Shown: positions 51,950-64,000 of the stretch, piece by piece | How the letters are laid out: the number at the start of each line of letters is the position of its first letter | Position numbering within the stretch: the stretch's first letter is position 1 | Origin: Raillietiella orientalis | Taxonomy: Eukaryota | Direction: 5' to 3' | Length of the DNA stretch: 64,000 nucleotides | NCBI GenBank assembly: GCA_036172245.1 | Contig: JAYWIR010000044.1 | Span: 1,240,001 to 1,304,000 of the forward strand | Translations under genes and position numbers: made by a program | Notes under the pieces: generated by a model | The model's database searches: none | What the model saw: the letters and a program-made list of their open reading frames with translations, nothing else | Told to the model about the DNA's origin: nothing

Positions 51950-52900
51950 AAGGCAATGTATTTCCAATGGAAACGACGCAGAAATGGCATTCTCAGTATG
52001 GAAGCGAATCCGGAAACCCCTTCTCCTGCATGCTGAGAACGTCAAAGAATTTCTAATCCGGGAAGCGCATTTCGGAAAGAGAAGGCAGCAATGACGATGG
52101 CTGCCTTCCTCAGAGACGAGAGCTACGAGACTGTGAGGCTGCAGTACACATCTCAAGGAGAGCATCTTTTGCCTGTGTCTTGCTTGGCTGAACGTGTCAG
52201 ACGTGCAGAGAGTGAAAATAAACAGGACATCCGTCAAGGGGGTACCCTATTCTTTCTGAAGGAGCAGTGTTACGTAATGTGCACGAGAAGGAGCAAACAA
52301 CAACGTGTTTGGTCGATCGCGCAAGCATCCACTTCATTTAATTCCGGGGCTACGAAAACCACATATGACTTCGTTTCTTGAAACTCAACGTGCGTCGCGG
52401 ATCGCTGTCGCACGCCCGTCGACTGCTGCCACCTGGAAGTTTCGTGAGCAGTGATCGTCTCCAAGACGTCGCTGGGATGAAGTCATTCGACGAAGAAATG
52501 AACGTTCCTTCCCTTTCTTAGAGCTGCCCGTCGGCTTGCCGATTCCTTTCGCCACCACGACCTTCAGAGTGGAAGGTGGTCCTCTGTGGGTTCTGAGAAA
52601 CGCATTTCGTGACCTCCGCTTCTGAGACACCTTTTGTGACCGTTCGAACCGAATTCAGTCGGCGCGACTCCTGGTTCACAGTGAAACTCTCGCGGCCTCA
52701 TGCTCGTAATCGTATCCTTAATCCCCCATCTTGCTGCAGCTGGATTTCTCAACATCCTCGATTGGTTCCGCGCCGCGGAACGAGCCATCCATCTACCCTA
52801 AATGAAGGACATCGTCAATGGCAACCATGTCGTCCAGCTTTTGAATTAAGAGTAGGCTCTATTCTAACTGCGGATCCTAGGTGCTCTCTCCAAATGGGGA
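51950..52900 (-). mobile_element. Decayed hAT transposase fragment (intronic)
   Basis: LRNPAAARWG (LxxPxxTRW), FSEP, LSSLRKAAIVIAA / FRIRFHTENA. Confidence 0.38.
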
Positions 52901-53220
52901 TTCTCCCTAGGAGAACCGGTGCTTATTGTCCATCTTGGGTTCACAGCAGAAGTTTTCGAGGCTCGTTGTCTCCGAATGCAACACGGTAGCACACACTGAG
53001 AAGCGTCGTGACGTCAGAGAGCGCGACGCGACTAATAATACATATATTAATCTCGATTTATATATTTATGTATTGGTATGCCTAGCGAACGTATATATGA
53101 ATGCACAAATGTATAACCAGTAGAAATTTGCGAGCTCCGAAACTCCTGGGTGGCTGGACGAAGGGTGAGCTGGCGGACGCCGCCACTCGCTCGGATGCAA
53201 CACGGCAGCACAGATTGTGG

Positions 53221-53416
53221 AGCGCCGTGACGTCAGAGCGCGCGATCAGCACGGCGGCCAACAATGGGATTCTAAAAATACGTCGTGTGCGCGTTGCGGC
53301 AGGCCCTCCCGAAGCACTCGTTCCGTGCCGCCGCGGGCGCCAAGTCCCCCACGCTGTATTTTTGGAATCCCATTGTTGGCAGGCGTGCTGATCGCGCACG
53401 CCGACGTCACGGTGCT
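53221..53416. mobile_element. MITE-like fold-back element with 61-bp inverted arms
   Basis: 53221-53281 is the reverse complement of 53356-53416 with 7 mismatches. Confidence 0.75.
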
Positions 53417-54717
53417 GCGCGCCCGGCCACAGCTCGCACCTCGACATCGCAGGATGCCGCCGGGCACCAGCAGCCGGACGTCCACGAGCCCCGAGAGAAG
53501 GGGGCTCCGGGCGGCAGACGCGAACCCGTGGCCTCGCCAATCTTCCCGAACGCAGGATTCCGTGACCTTGACGCCGGAGGGGCCTGGCTTCGCTCCCGGT
53601 GCGCTTCGTGCAGGTCCTAGAAACACGGTGAGCGACTTGAAACGGCCGCACACCAAGCTGCATTTCTCCGTGGGGTCAGACTCGAGGCGCATCGGTTTTA
53701 AGGGAGTATTAGCTTGCATAATGGTCGCTCCTCTTTTCCAGTGCTCTCATCCAGGCACACAGTGATGTAATCCACCTTGCTCCTCTTTTCCAGAGGGGCT
53801 CTTTGAAGTGATTTTCACAAGAACTATCGCAGAGTTTCGCATCGACACCTGGAGCTTCTTGTAATGTGAGATTGCACTTGGAACCGACCCACTTCAAACC
53901 TCTCACTTCGTTTGGTTGCAGCCACGTTCGAGTTGGGCCCGCTCGTCCCGCCCTGGGCTCGTGGGTCACTGGACATTATGGGCTCGGGTGTTTTTAGATC
54001 GCATTGTTGGGCGCCATGCTGACGTCACGACGCCCCGTGCCTGCCTACTGAGAGTGCTTGCTTTTCCCCAACATTTTCGCGAGCGGTCTTCTGTGGAAGT
54101 AGAGACGCCCCGCTGAGATGGATGTCCTAGAATCCTCTGGACGCACAGATTTTTTTTTCTCCCTCCTTCCCCCCCTCTCTCTCTTCCTTCTCAGTAAACA
54201 AGTAGTCTTGCAAGTTCGACAGGGATATCTGATTAACGTCAGAGAATCAAAACAGGCGAGTATCGAGGAACACACAGGACCGATCATAGAGCGAAGCAAC
54301 GAAGCTGAGAATGTAAATTGCTTGATGAAATTTTTCGACCGTTTCTAGCGCTTACGGTCATCTTCGGATCCCGGTGATTAAGTTCTACTGAAGGTGAACT
54401 CTGGAAAAGCGGCGCGATCAATCAAAAAGCGCGGACTTTGGAAATATCGCAGATTTGGGATTCTGGGAAAAAAGAAAGATGCAATTAACGTGCAAGACGT
54501 GTTTTTCTGTGAGACTGACACATACTGATGAATCGTTTTAGCGCAGGAAGAATTCGCTTCGGCACTGAGGCCGTTTCTAGGGACAACTAAGGGGACACGA
54601 GCAGCTGACCATGAGAACAGGAAAGTTCTGAGCAGCAAAGCCCTTCCATTACTTGGTACATTGCGAGAAATCAATGTGCATGCACAGTGAGCACTGCAAC
54701 ACGAGAGTTGTACTTAC

Positions 54718-54860
54718 GCAGTAGTGTGGATGCCATCCACGGTCATAGCAAGCTCATGGTTCTCTCGAGTGATGTTTACTCGGTGCCATTTGAGATCATT
54801 CAGCTGAAGAGATCTTGGAGAGGTCAATTCCTTCTCTCCAGATCCAGTGTTGATCCGAAC
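54718..54860 (-). CDS. kon: kon/CSPG4 exon, laminin G domain 1 middle (not in the ORF track)
   Basis: Acceptor actttcgtttag|, donor gc|gtaagt. Encodes VRINTGSGEKELTSPRSLQLNDLKWHRVNITRENHELAMTVDG IHTT(A) with the LamG LNDxxWHxV motif. Phase 0 in and phase 2 out join exactly to the flanking exons. Confidence 0.92.
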
Positions 54861-55099
54861 CTAAACGAAAGTTTAATGAGTGGATGTTTTTCGCTTATTC
54901 GCATATGTACGGGTTCTTACGGTGCACGAACCGCAGGCAGGTGGCTCTTAATAAAGACAGAAGAAGCATGAAGAATGGAACCGTGAACGATAGGGGACTC
55001 TGTAGAATTTTTATCCAGATGCATTTCTCATGTTTTATGAGCTCCCGCGGGACTCGCACTAAAGGGAATCCTTTAGTGGAATGAACCAAAGTGTAAAAA

Positions 55100-56000
55100 G
55101 CAGATTGTGGATAACCTTTCTGGTTGCCGGAATATTTGCTTTGGGTTCCTGTCAACACGCGTGGAGTTTCAGAATCTATCGCTGAGTCAACCGATACACT
55201 TTTTGTGATTGGGAGAGCATTCAGTTGCCGCTGCCTGAATGGCAAAAGCGGGACTGAGGAGCAGAGGTCGTGTGCAGTGGGAAATCTCGCTCATAGATGG
55301 CTCTGAGATTTCCCCTCTCGCGTTGCGGTTCAGCTTGCGCTTGCACAGCCTCGCCGGCAGGGAGTTTCGGACACGATCTTTCGGTCTGCAACGGGGTTCC
55401 TTGACGAAAACGTGTGCCAGGCCATCGTCCATCAAGAACAGGACCATCTTCTCTACTGACTTCAACTGTTACAGTTAGGATTCCCTCTCGACTACCTCCA
55501 AGGGTGGCGCATGCACCGCGGCACTCTTCCTTATATGGAAACACTCCAGCCTACAGACATCATTAATTTAAGGTCCCGGAACCCCGCACTTAATCCCGTA
55601 CAGCCGATCTCGGAATCCGCGGCCGCCTCTCAGTCTTTTGCTGCTCGGCCGCTTTACCTCGCAAGAGGCGGCAAAAGGAACCCTGCAGACTCGCAAAATC
55701 GTGCAGACACCCGCAGGCGGGTCTCATGAGGCGCTCCCGGCAGGGAATGCCCAAGCCGATGAAGGCGCGTCTCGGAGCGCACCCACCGAATTCTGGTGGC
55801 CCAGCGCTCGAGGCAACTCCTCGTTCCCTCTTTCGCTTCGTCCTCTCAGGGAAGTCCTGCCTGGCAGCTCGGCCTTCCTACTGTCACGACAATTCCGTAT
55901 TTCATTCCTCATTCTCAGAGAAGGGGAGGGGGAGGAGGGAGGGAAACTTTCCCATCGTGTCTTCGAATCGCTCGAGTTCAGCTGCCGATCCATATTTCCC
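55100..56000 (+). mobile_element. Decayed hAT transposase C-terminus (intronic)
   Basis: PTEFWWPSARGNSSFPLSLRPLREVLPGSSAFLLSRQFRIS...KLSHRVFESLEF, a recognisable hAT dimerisation domain. Confidence 0.6.
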
Positions 56001-57329
56001 GGGCAGCTTCACTCAGCTACCCATTCCCAAACAAACAGCCCAACAAAGCAAAAATCAATGAAAGCCACCTCGAATTGCGGACCCCACGCGCGGTGTTCCA
56101 GGATAGCGGAGGCTTGCTGAAGGTCGCCGGGAAGGGTGCGAGCGGACCACCCCCCAGTTTCCCCGGAAAGCTGCTCATGCGCGGCGGGTGCCTCCCTAGG
56201 ATGATCACGGGAACATTCGGGAAAGGCATGTCTCGAGTCCGGCGAGCTGGTCCTCGCAACCTGAGGATGCGAACCAGAAGAGATACGCCCGTGGACCGGG
56301 TGAGGCGTGCACCCTCAACCTCCGCTGCTCATCCTCGAGGACTCGCCCGCACTTTCCATCGACCCTGTGTCTGTAGCGGATGGAGGGGGGACGCGGAAGG
56401 AGATGAACGATGCAAGGAGGCTCGTGGAAGGTGAGAGCGCGTTGGCGCTCGTCACTTCAGGGAGGCCGACGGACGTCGGCTCACAAAGAAGTCTCCCGGC
56501 AGCTCATTCAAAGATCCACGCTGATTTTCAGATTGGCGTGGCAACGTGTTCCATGCTGACGACTGGTGCGAAGCAAAGGACACCGGAGCACTCATCGGGG
56601 AAACTCGCGTATCCTCCCTGAACGCGGAATCCCATCGACGAATCGATTTTTCTCGAAAATTCCTCAATGGAACCTTCGGTGCCGGTGCGCGCACCAGGGT
56701 CGTCGGGTCCCCATGGAAGTCGGAACGGGTGACGAATGCCGCTTTCGCAGAGGTTCAAGCTGCGGGTCTCGCGAGGACAACGAGGAGCGGGCTATGGTCC
56801 ACGCGGGACCCTAACGAGAGCGCTGTACTACGGTTGGCCGGAGGTACCCGGTGTTGCCGAAGCCCTCTCAAAAGCCGGAGATCAAAAGCAAATCCTCATC
56901 CTTATATGATCGACGGTTTCTTTGGAAACCGTCGATCTCTCGGTGAGATGAGGAATCCTGGAGAAGGGAATAAAACGCATTTTTTTTAAAAAAAAAAAAA
57001 AAAAGATGCGCGGAAGAAAGACGAGGGAGCTGGAAGCTCCACTCGCTCTGCATCCTCGGCTGCCACACATCAGCGCTTTCACGGTGAATTTCGAACGGGA
57101 GCTGGAAGTGCGCGGGAACGCTAGGTGCTTCCTTTGAGTTCTGACAGAATAGAGAGAACGCGGGGCCGCGTAAACAGGGAGGGTCCATTCATCCTCTTCG
57201 TGGGTCCCTTCGGATGCTCTCTGGGCGGAAGCGACGAGCCGCGAGGCGCAGCTGCTGGTCGCACGTCACCGGCTCCAAAGAAACGCCGGGCGGAGGCTGC
57301 GACAGGCGGCGAATCGGGTCGAGGGGTCG

Positions 57330-58430
57330 CCATGGGAGCACGGTGACCCTCCACGGCTCAGATTCTCGGCTTCCTGCCTGCGGCGGGAAAGGAGGGAGCA
57401 AGGAGCAGGGAACAAGGGAATTTCCGAAAACGCGGAAGTTCCGTGGAAACCTTGCACGAGTCTCCCTCTCCGCCTCTCTTGACCACGGGGTCAGGGGAGG
57501 CGGAGATCTCTGCTTGCCCTCGCTCGTTCTCGACATCGGTTTCCCTCTTCCGCTCGGCTCTCTTCCCTCCCCTCCCCCAACGAAGGGTGTCCTGGACACT
57601 GCCGCAGATTATGTCGTCATTGAGGCGTTGAGAAGCAGGCTCTCAACGTCTCAGCGACATCGGGAGCAGCATCCCTCGCTGACAGCAGCTTCCCAGCGCA
57701 GGCGAGGGAGTCTTCACGATGGCGGAAGGCGGAGAAAAACGCGGATTGATTATTGCCGCCCGTTCCACTCGCGATTTCGCCCACCCCTCTCCGGATGATG
57801 GGAAGCCATTTCCCAGGAAACGAACAGAACCGAAAGCCGAGCAGCCGAAAACGCTCGCTCTTCCTTTACGCGCGAGGCTCTGCTTTCCCCCTTTCCCCTT
57901 CCCGAAATTCCTCCGCGTCCGTGAGCGTTCCCGCACCATCGCAAAGGCTTGTAGCACCCCTCTTCGCGCGGGCGTAATGTAACCAAGAGGTCCAAGAGAT
58001 CAGGGTGGATGCGGTGGACGTTCAGTGAAGCGCAACCTTCGCGGCGGGTTTCCAAGCAACGCGCAGGACGGGCCACGTGGTTTAGGCGCAGGAGCTCCTC
58101 TGGGGAGGTGGCGGCGGGAAAATTCCGTGATGGGGGAAGAGTGTGCGGAGGTAGCGGGAGGATTCGAAACATTCCTGAAGAGTAAATAAGAGAGAGGTGA
58201 AAGGACTCTCTGCACGGTCGCCGTCTTAGACACGCCTACGAGGACCGAAAGGCAATCCGGAAGTGGCGTACGCCTGGAAGCGTGGATCAGCAGTTTCGCG
58301 ACCCGGACCAGATCTTCTCCGTCCTCTCGATCGAAAAAAACCCCGTCTACAGCATTCCGCGACCCAGCGCATGTCGAAGAGCTTCCAAAGCTCTGCTCCC
58401 CCTTCCGGGAAACGGTTCGATGACTCCAAG
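57330..58430 (-). mobile_element. Decayed hAT transposase C-terminal half (intronic)
   Basis: MLQAF, RAAIINPRF (AxxLDPRF), PLTPW...RFPRNFRVFGNSLVPCS. Confidence 0.55.
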
Positions 58431-60183
58431 GCCCTCGATGATGTGCTAATTAAGGGAACAGCAGTGAAGAATGGAATGAGTAGGTGATTGTGAATAATAA
58501 TAGACAGGGGGAGGATTCTCTTGGGAGATGCAAAATTAGTAGGCCTGATTCGTATTCGCGCGTTCCAAAACGATGACAGCTTTCCCTTTATGACGATGGT
58601 CCATGAGTACTTTCCATCAAAGGGGTAGAGGGCATGAAGGGAGGGAATTCCGATTAACAGTGGGATGGAAGACGACGTGTATTAAGGGTGTAGTGGGTGC
58701 TGACTGGTGGAAGATTACCTTGTGAATCCGTCATGTGGAATGGTCCAAAGGTTGAGCATAGCGGAAAGAGGGTTGGCATCGCTTTTACACGACCCGTTTA
58801 CAAGCAGATGAAAGGCTGAGGGCGCAAGCAGTGCTTTCAGAAAGCAGCTGCGCTTCCTCAAGAGCCTCTCCCACTAATGAGAGGAGAAAGCAATTTGTCC
58901 ATATCATAGAGAGCTGAAGAGGGGATAAGTCAAAGGAAAGCTCCTGAACCTCAGGGTAAAACATGGCCTTTTTCACGATAGAAATTTCCTGGGTCACTAC
59001 TAGGAATTTCGTTGATGGGTTCATGGAACCGAAAGGTTCTCGGAATTGCATGTTTTCAGAGGTTGGTGTCTGGTATTTCTGAGTAGTTATATCAGTAAGT
59101 ATAACCGAGAGAGATCACTTGCCATTTAGTGCCTGATTACCAGGGACAAAAACAGGGATTACCAGAGGCTGTGGAAGGCACGGTATCAGCTCTGGCTCAT
59201 TCGTCTACTTTAGTTACCGCCGAAGAGTGCTTGATGATTCTGTTTCGTGAGGTTCGGATGATGAATAACATTGTGGTGTATACTGATGTGGTGGCCGCTG
59301 CGTGTTCAGAAGCTGAGGGAGGGATAGAGGTTGAAGCCAGAAAAGTTATTCCGTATTCGACACCGAGGCAGCTGAGAACGATATTTTTCCGACGACCTCA
59401 AAAAGGATGCGTCAACCGGATTTGTGATCGGAACATTTAACAACTCTTCTATTATCATCGTCATGGGAAGCCGAGGCGATGAGAATTTGGCAGCGTTCAA
59501 TGCGAAAGAGCTTTCTGCAGCGAAAGGGTTACAAAAGCTCAAGATGAGAACGCAGAAATTTATTCTTTCAGCTGTTCTTGGCAAAACAAACCGACCAACA
59601 AGAAAGCTCTGCAACACCCTCTACAGGGGCGGAGAAATCTGCCTTTCCTTTTTCGACAATTTGGAATGAGCTCCTCATTCCAGAGCCTTTACTCGATCCT
59701 TAATTCCTGTTTTCGAAATGGTTTCCTTGCATGCCGAGTCCGCAGTGATGATGGAGAACGAAACAGCAGCAGCAACAAATCATTCTGCGTGCGCGAAAAT
59801 TAGAAAAATCGGACCACAGTGCACGTGTCGCAGCGGCCCACGATGCGCACTGCGATCTCAGGGATCTGCGGAATTTCGTGGGGATTTCATTTCCCGGACC
59901 CCGCAATTAAAAAGCGGACTGCCCCCCACGCTACGCGCCGTCCACGTGCAGCATCGCACGAAGAGGCAAAAAGCACACGGACGAGCACGCTGGGATGCAA
60001 CGTCTGAAAGATGAAATCGTTGCGCGACATGCCGTGTGTGGCTCTTGAGTAAAACCCAAGGGAACAAAGCAGTCACGTGTGTAATTGACCTGTACGCAGA
60101 AAGTGCAGGTCAATTCGGTGCACCCTGGTGGATTTAGGCACGCCCAAGTGCATCCGAGTGCACTGTGGTGGACTTTTGCTGCT

Positions 60184-60941
60184 CTATCTCTGACTCCGGC
60201 TGGTCAAAGTTCGGCCTTCATTGCCAGCAGCAAACACATTTCTTCTTTCAGAGATCAAATACCCCATGACTGAAAATGCGTCCCCTACAAGTGTGGTGAA
60301 GGGAAGATCCCTAAAAGGAACGGACTCCCCCACGCAAGCTGTACTCGGCTGCCGCCTTCCTAAATTCAACGTGTTTGTTCTTCCATGTCGAGAGAGATCG
60401 GAAATCAGCTAATTGACACTGAAGATCAGATAACTTTGGTCGGGAGAAAGTGACTGAGACGCGCATCAGAACATCTCCCAAAACGAACTCAATCTTCCCT
60501 TTTCTTGGCATGGCTAAGCCTTTGAACGAACCGTTCCTCCGTCGACATCGAAACATCTGATAAGAATTTCCATGCCTCATCGATGCGTTTCTCCTGGCGC
60601 TGAAGATGTCTCCATTTCCGGTTCATCACTCTTTGTTTCAGAACTTCCCCCGTTTCGGCCCGAAAGTTTTTTCCCAAACATTCGTGCGTGGCATGGATAC
60701 GTGTCCCACGCCCCTGAGGCTTTAGAATCCAGTAAAACGGGAAGGTTCTCTCAGCCGAATCCCGCTGCATGCCAGGGTCGGCAAGAACACCCCTCGACTG
60801 TGCTCGCGTCGGTTTCCGGTTCCCAGCGCACGTCTTGGGATGGTGAACCCACGGAAAAATAGGGATGCAGGGGATGTCGACTCTTCCCTGGCCTCTCAAA
60901 GTTAACCGCCGCCCGAGTGAGAAGCATCTTATAATAACCAA
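60184..60941 (-). mobile_element. Decayed hAT transposase C-terminus (intronic)
   Basis: QPSTACVGESVPFRDLPFTTLVGDAFSVMGYLISERRNVF matches PxLAxxA...PxTTxxVERxFSxMGxxxxxRRNxL. Confidence 0.6.
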
Positions 60942-61071
60942 TGCTCCCGAGGAAAGATTTATTATTTAATTACTTTCAGAAGATGTTTCCGGAAACAAGA
61001 CAAGAATGCTCTAAATGGCTCTGTGAGGGGATCGGATTTCAAGCTGTCTACTTTACTTCAAAGCAACCAAC

Positions 61072-61235
61072 CTTTATTCCTCCTGCGTCCAGAACCACCA
61101 GACAAAAGTCTATCTTCCCTGCAACAAGTAGCAGAAGCGCATCCATGCATTTTGTCAGGAAGCTGATGTCTATGGTCGTCTTACTCTTCGCTTCTTGAAG
61201 TGACAGATGGATGTAGCTGTTCCCATAAAAAGAGG
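61072..61235 (-). CDS. kon: CSPG4/NG2 (kon-tiki/perdido) orthologue, first visible coding exon: start of laminin G domain 1
   Basis: Acceptor tgtttgttttag|, donor aag|gttggt. Encodes (A)SFYGNSYIHLSLQEAKSKTTIDISFLTKCMDALLLLVAGKIDFCLVVLDAGGIK, matching the CSPG4 N-terminus (ASFxG...ALLLLAAG). Phase 1 start implies an upstream signal-peptide exon; phase 0 end fits the next exon. Confidence 0.92.
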
Positions 61236-61743
61236 CTAAAACAAACACACAACGAGGTCATCGAGGGCAATCAAAGACGTCAGGGGGCGTTCACCAAACT
61301 GATATTTTGATGGCTAAGCCAGGAGCCAGGAAAATTCACGATGTCAGAGCGATTCGGGATATTTAGGAACCCCTCGCTCACTAAGATGTCAACCATGGGA
61401 CGTGCGAAGGAAAGTCCAGGAACCTTCAGCGAATTCCCTGTCTAGAGCAAGCAAACATCCTCCCTGCCTCGAATACACGTCCTCCTCTCTTAGCAAGGCA
61501 CGGGAATTCCACCTCGTCGCGACGAAATGCTGTACTCGGCCGCTACTCAGCTGCTTCGAATCTTTTTGCCCGACGGCCCGCCGTTTGCGCGCCCGAAGCA
61601 GTTGCGATCAGCCCGTTTTTTTCGGGGTTTTCCTTTTTTCCCCTGATTCGCTGAGTACCTCTAAAACCGCTGCGCGTTTGGCTGCTCACGAAGCTCTTCA
61701 GCACTTGTCCACGCCACCCTAGTGTGCGTGTTAACTCTTCAAG

Positions 61744-62800
61744 TTAGGGGACCACCCTATGAATCTGGGAAGACTCCGATGGAAGGAGTCCGTTCCGCTC
61801 AAGCTTAAGAGAAAACTCCGAGGGGAACAGACTGCTTGATTCCTTGGAGGACCCCGGAAGGTCGGCTTCCAAGACAGGCGGCAGGGGAATCAGTTTCCGA
61901 AAACCTGTAGCCCAAGCAGCGTCATCTTTCGGGGAAAACTCCAACCTGCAGCGGAGACATTAGCCGCTTGGCCGCCGACGCGGGCACCCAACTGATGGCT
62001 CACTTCCCGCCACTTTTTTGCTGCCGATGCTCGGGCTCGGCTGGCGGCGGCAGCAAGAAACACTTGGAATGAGCCGGGATCTCAAAGGACACCGCACACG
62101 TGATGCGACGACACCTCTCGAGGCGCAGCGTACTTGGAGTGCTCGCGCGCTCGCACGCTAAGGACGAAGGGAGGAAGTCTCGTGGACCCGAAGGGAAAGA
62201 GCACAACGTAGCATCGTGAAACTGCCGAAATGTGATCGTTCCTGTCCGATCCATTCTTCAAGGCGATTGCGACATGGCAGCGGCTGTTGGCTCCTGGAAA
62301 CGAATGCACATGTTCCGTGGAGTTTCAGGGAATCGCGGGTTCGCTCTCGGCACTCCGGGTCATTCAAAAGTCTTCAGGCTCTTCGCGAATCTTCTTTCAT
62401 CTCACCGATGGCAGCGAAGCTTCCACCTCCCGCAAGTGAACCTCCGAACCCTTGCTGAAGCCAGCGGTCCGCCCCTTCTGCGCTTCGAACATGTAGCCCC
62501 ACCGCTATGTAGGTCTCAGCCGTGTCCCAAGTAGGGGGTGCTGCTCGGCTCCGCGTTTTTCCCAATCAGAGGCACTGCAGATCGCAAAGAAGGTCATGGG
62601 TGGGTTTCGTTGCAGAGAAGGACTCAAGCTGGGGATGATGAGCTGCCCATCAAACCGCTGCTTCCTGTCATCTTCTCTCGTGTGTATTCAGATACTCGAG
62701 GCAATGCTTCGTCGACGGAAAGAAGGAGGGATAGGACTCCCTCGAGTGCATTCTGTTCTCCGTGCCGATTTGCAATGATCATCTCGAACGCTGTCTGCTC
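61744..62800 (-). mobile_element. Decayed hAT transposase fragment
   Basis: VCGVL*DP, then AWATGFRKLIPLPPVLEADLPGSSKESSSLFPSEFSLKLERNGLLP. Confidence 0.5.
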
Positions 62801-63097
62801 ACTCGATAGCTTGTCTCCACGAAACGAAGAGGGCTGGAGGTCGCACGTCTACACCGCGACGAAAATGAAGCGCCTTGTGGTTTCCGCTAGCAACCAGTGT
62901 GGCCGCCGCACATGATGAACCCACAGATTGGAACGGCCTTCCGTGGGAAGACATCCACGCGGAAGAACTGGTACCATCTGATGCAGATGTGGACGGAGGA
63001 TTGTTTGGAAATGACACCATGGATCCGCAGAGACAGGACAAGAAGATGAAGAAGCGTGCAATAATCCCAGCTCATTTATTTCACGTGACCCCTCCGT

Positions 63098-63800
63098 TCA
63101 CTCATAAACAGGACCGATTTGCGGATTTCCCATCTGCTGCTTAGCAATGTCTCTCTGGTGGTTACCATGGCCTCCGGATGAACCAAAGACATTCGCGCAA
63201 AGCGATGCTAAGGGGCATTCGGAAAGCAAAGCAGAGAGAGGGTGGTCCCATCGTTGCTTCCCCGTCCTTCCGTTCGCCTTCTTGAACGCCACTGGCGTGC
63301 TCGCGAGCGTGCAGCGTGCGCCAAGAGTCACGGCATCGCTCTCCTCTGCCACGACGGCGCCACGAAGGACGTCGCTCCGTTTGCCAGACCGGGTCCCTCA
63401 ATGTCCACGTGTCTTGTTCTTGAGGATCCAGTTCGCAGCCACTCGGGAAGCTCCGCACCTGTCAACTTTGCGCGGTGTTTGCCCCAGAGCATCCCCGGAG
63501 CATACACTGGAATGCGGAAAGCTGAAGCGATCCGTGGGAGTGGCACGCCTCTGCCCAAGTCCCCCTCTTGAGACAATAGCAGGCATGCCAAAATCTCCAA
63601 AAGTTGACTGATTCTGTATCATTTGCATTGCCTTGATTCTGGCATGCCTGTCAAGCCTTGCTGCTATTTCGTGTAACGCCGGAAGGACGCTTTTCAGAGA
63701 TGATGCATGCGCGCCGCCTCGCTCTTGTTCCAAACACGATGACTTTGACATGCGTAAGAATTCTACCCTTCTGATTTTTTTTTTTTTTCCTCGTGAAATC
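63098..63800 (-). mobile_element. Decayed hAT transposase fragment
   Basis: ERGGAHASSLKSVL, LLLSQEGDL, CELDPQ, WDHPLSALLSECPLASLCANVFGSSG...QR. Confidence 0.48.
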
Positions 63801-64000
63801 CTTCCTCCTGTTTAACGAAGGCAAGAAACTCCTGATCCTCCTTCTTGACTGACAGATTTCCGCCTTTTCCGAACCGAGGAGGTACAGGACGGGTTCCTCG
63901 TTGATGCTTCCGCGATCCTTGGCAGATCGGCACAGAGAATTCGGCATTTGGGCTCGCAATTTGTAGCTTCAGATGTCCAGAGCAGGTGTCCGTGATCAAC

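Noticed and set aside
58480..59700. Possible LINE ORF1/APE remnant on the minus strand (KYRSQLPRC..., C/A-rich skew)
   Set aside because: Zinc-knuckle and endonuclease motifs are too eroded to call.
61236..64000. Candidate kon signal-peptide exon (donor-like gtgagc sites near 61380 and 62000)
   Set aside because: No ATG-initiated hydrophobic leader ending in phase 1.
1..64000. CRISPR arrays, rRNA, operons or other prokaryotic systems
   Set aside because: No repeat-spacer arrays, rRNA signatures or dense prokaryote-like ORFs; the window is intron-containing animal DNA.

Overview
Eukaryotic DNA, almost certainly arthropod (GT-AG introns, degenerate TTAGG repeats, Kon-tiki-type C-terminus LLRKNQYWV). 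The only intact host gene I can support is a minus-strand CSPG4/NG2 (kon-tiki/perdido) orthologue. I reconstructed it by hand as six phase-compatible coding exons: 61072-61235, 54718-54860, 39305-43091, 39048-39240, 38087-38242 and 35580-38023. They total about 2,295 aa; the signal-peptide exon was not found and probably lies beyond 64 kb. The gene has a probable GC-AG intron and a cryptic in-frame 63-nt intron. Nearly everything else, including the large introns, is a dense graveyard of decayed transposons. It holds about 20 putative hAT transposase relics, two NeSL/Utopia-like (R2-superfamily, RLE) non-LTR retrotransposons (one with a candidate eroded HDV-like ribozyme at its 5' end), a Tigger/pogo transposase, MULE-like and piggyBac-like relics, MITE-like inverted repeats, a 22-bp minisatellite and a perfect 75-bp palindrome. 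TE relics between about 13.5 and 35 kb are almost all on the minus strand, a pattern reminiscent of a uni-strand piRNA cluster. TE boundaries are approximate and families were assigned by eye from degenerate motifs across frameshifts. I cannot demonstrate a new biological system; the best leads are listed as findings.
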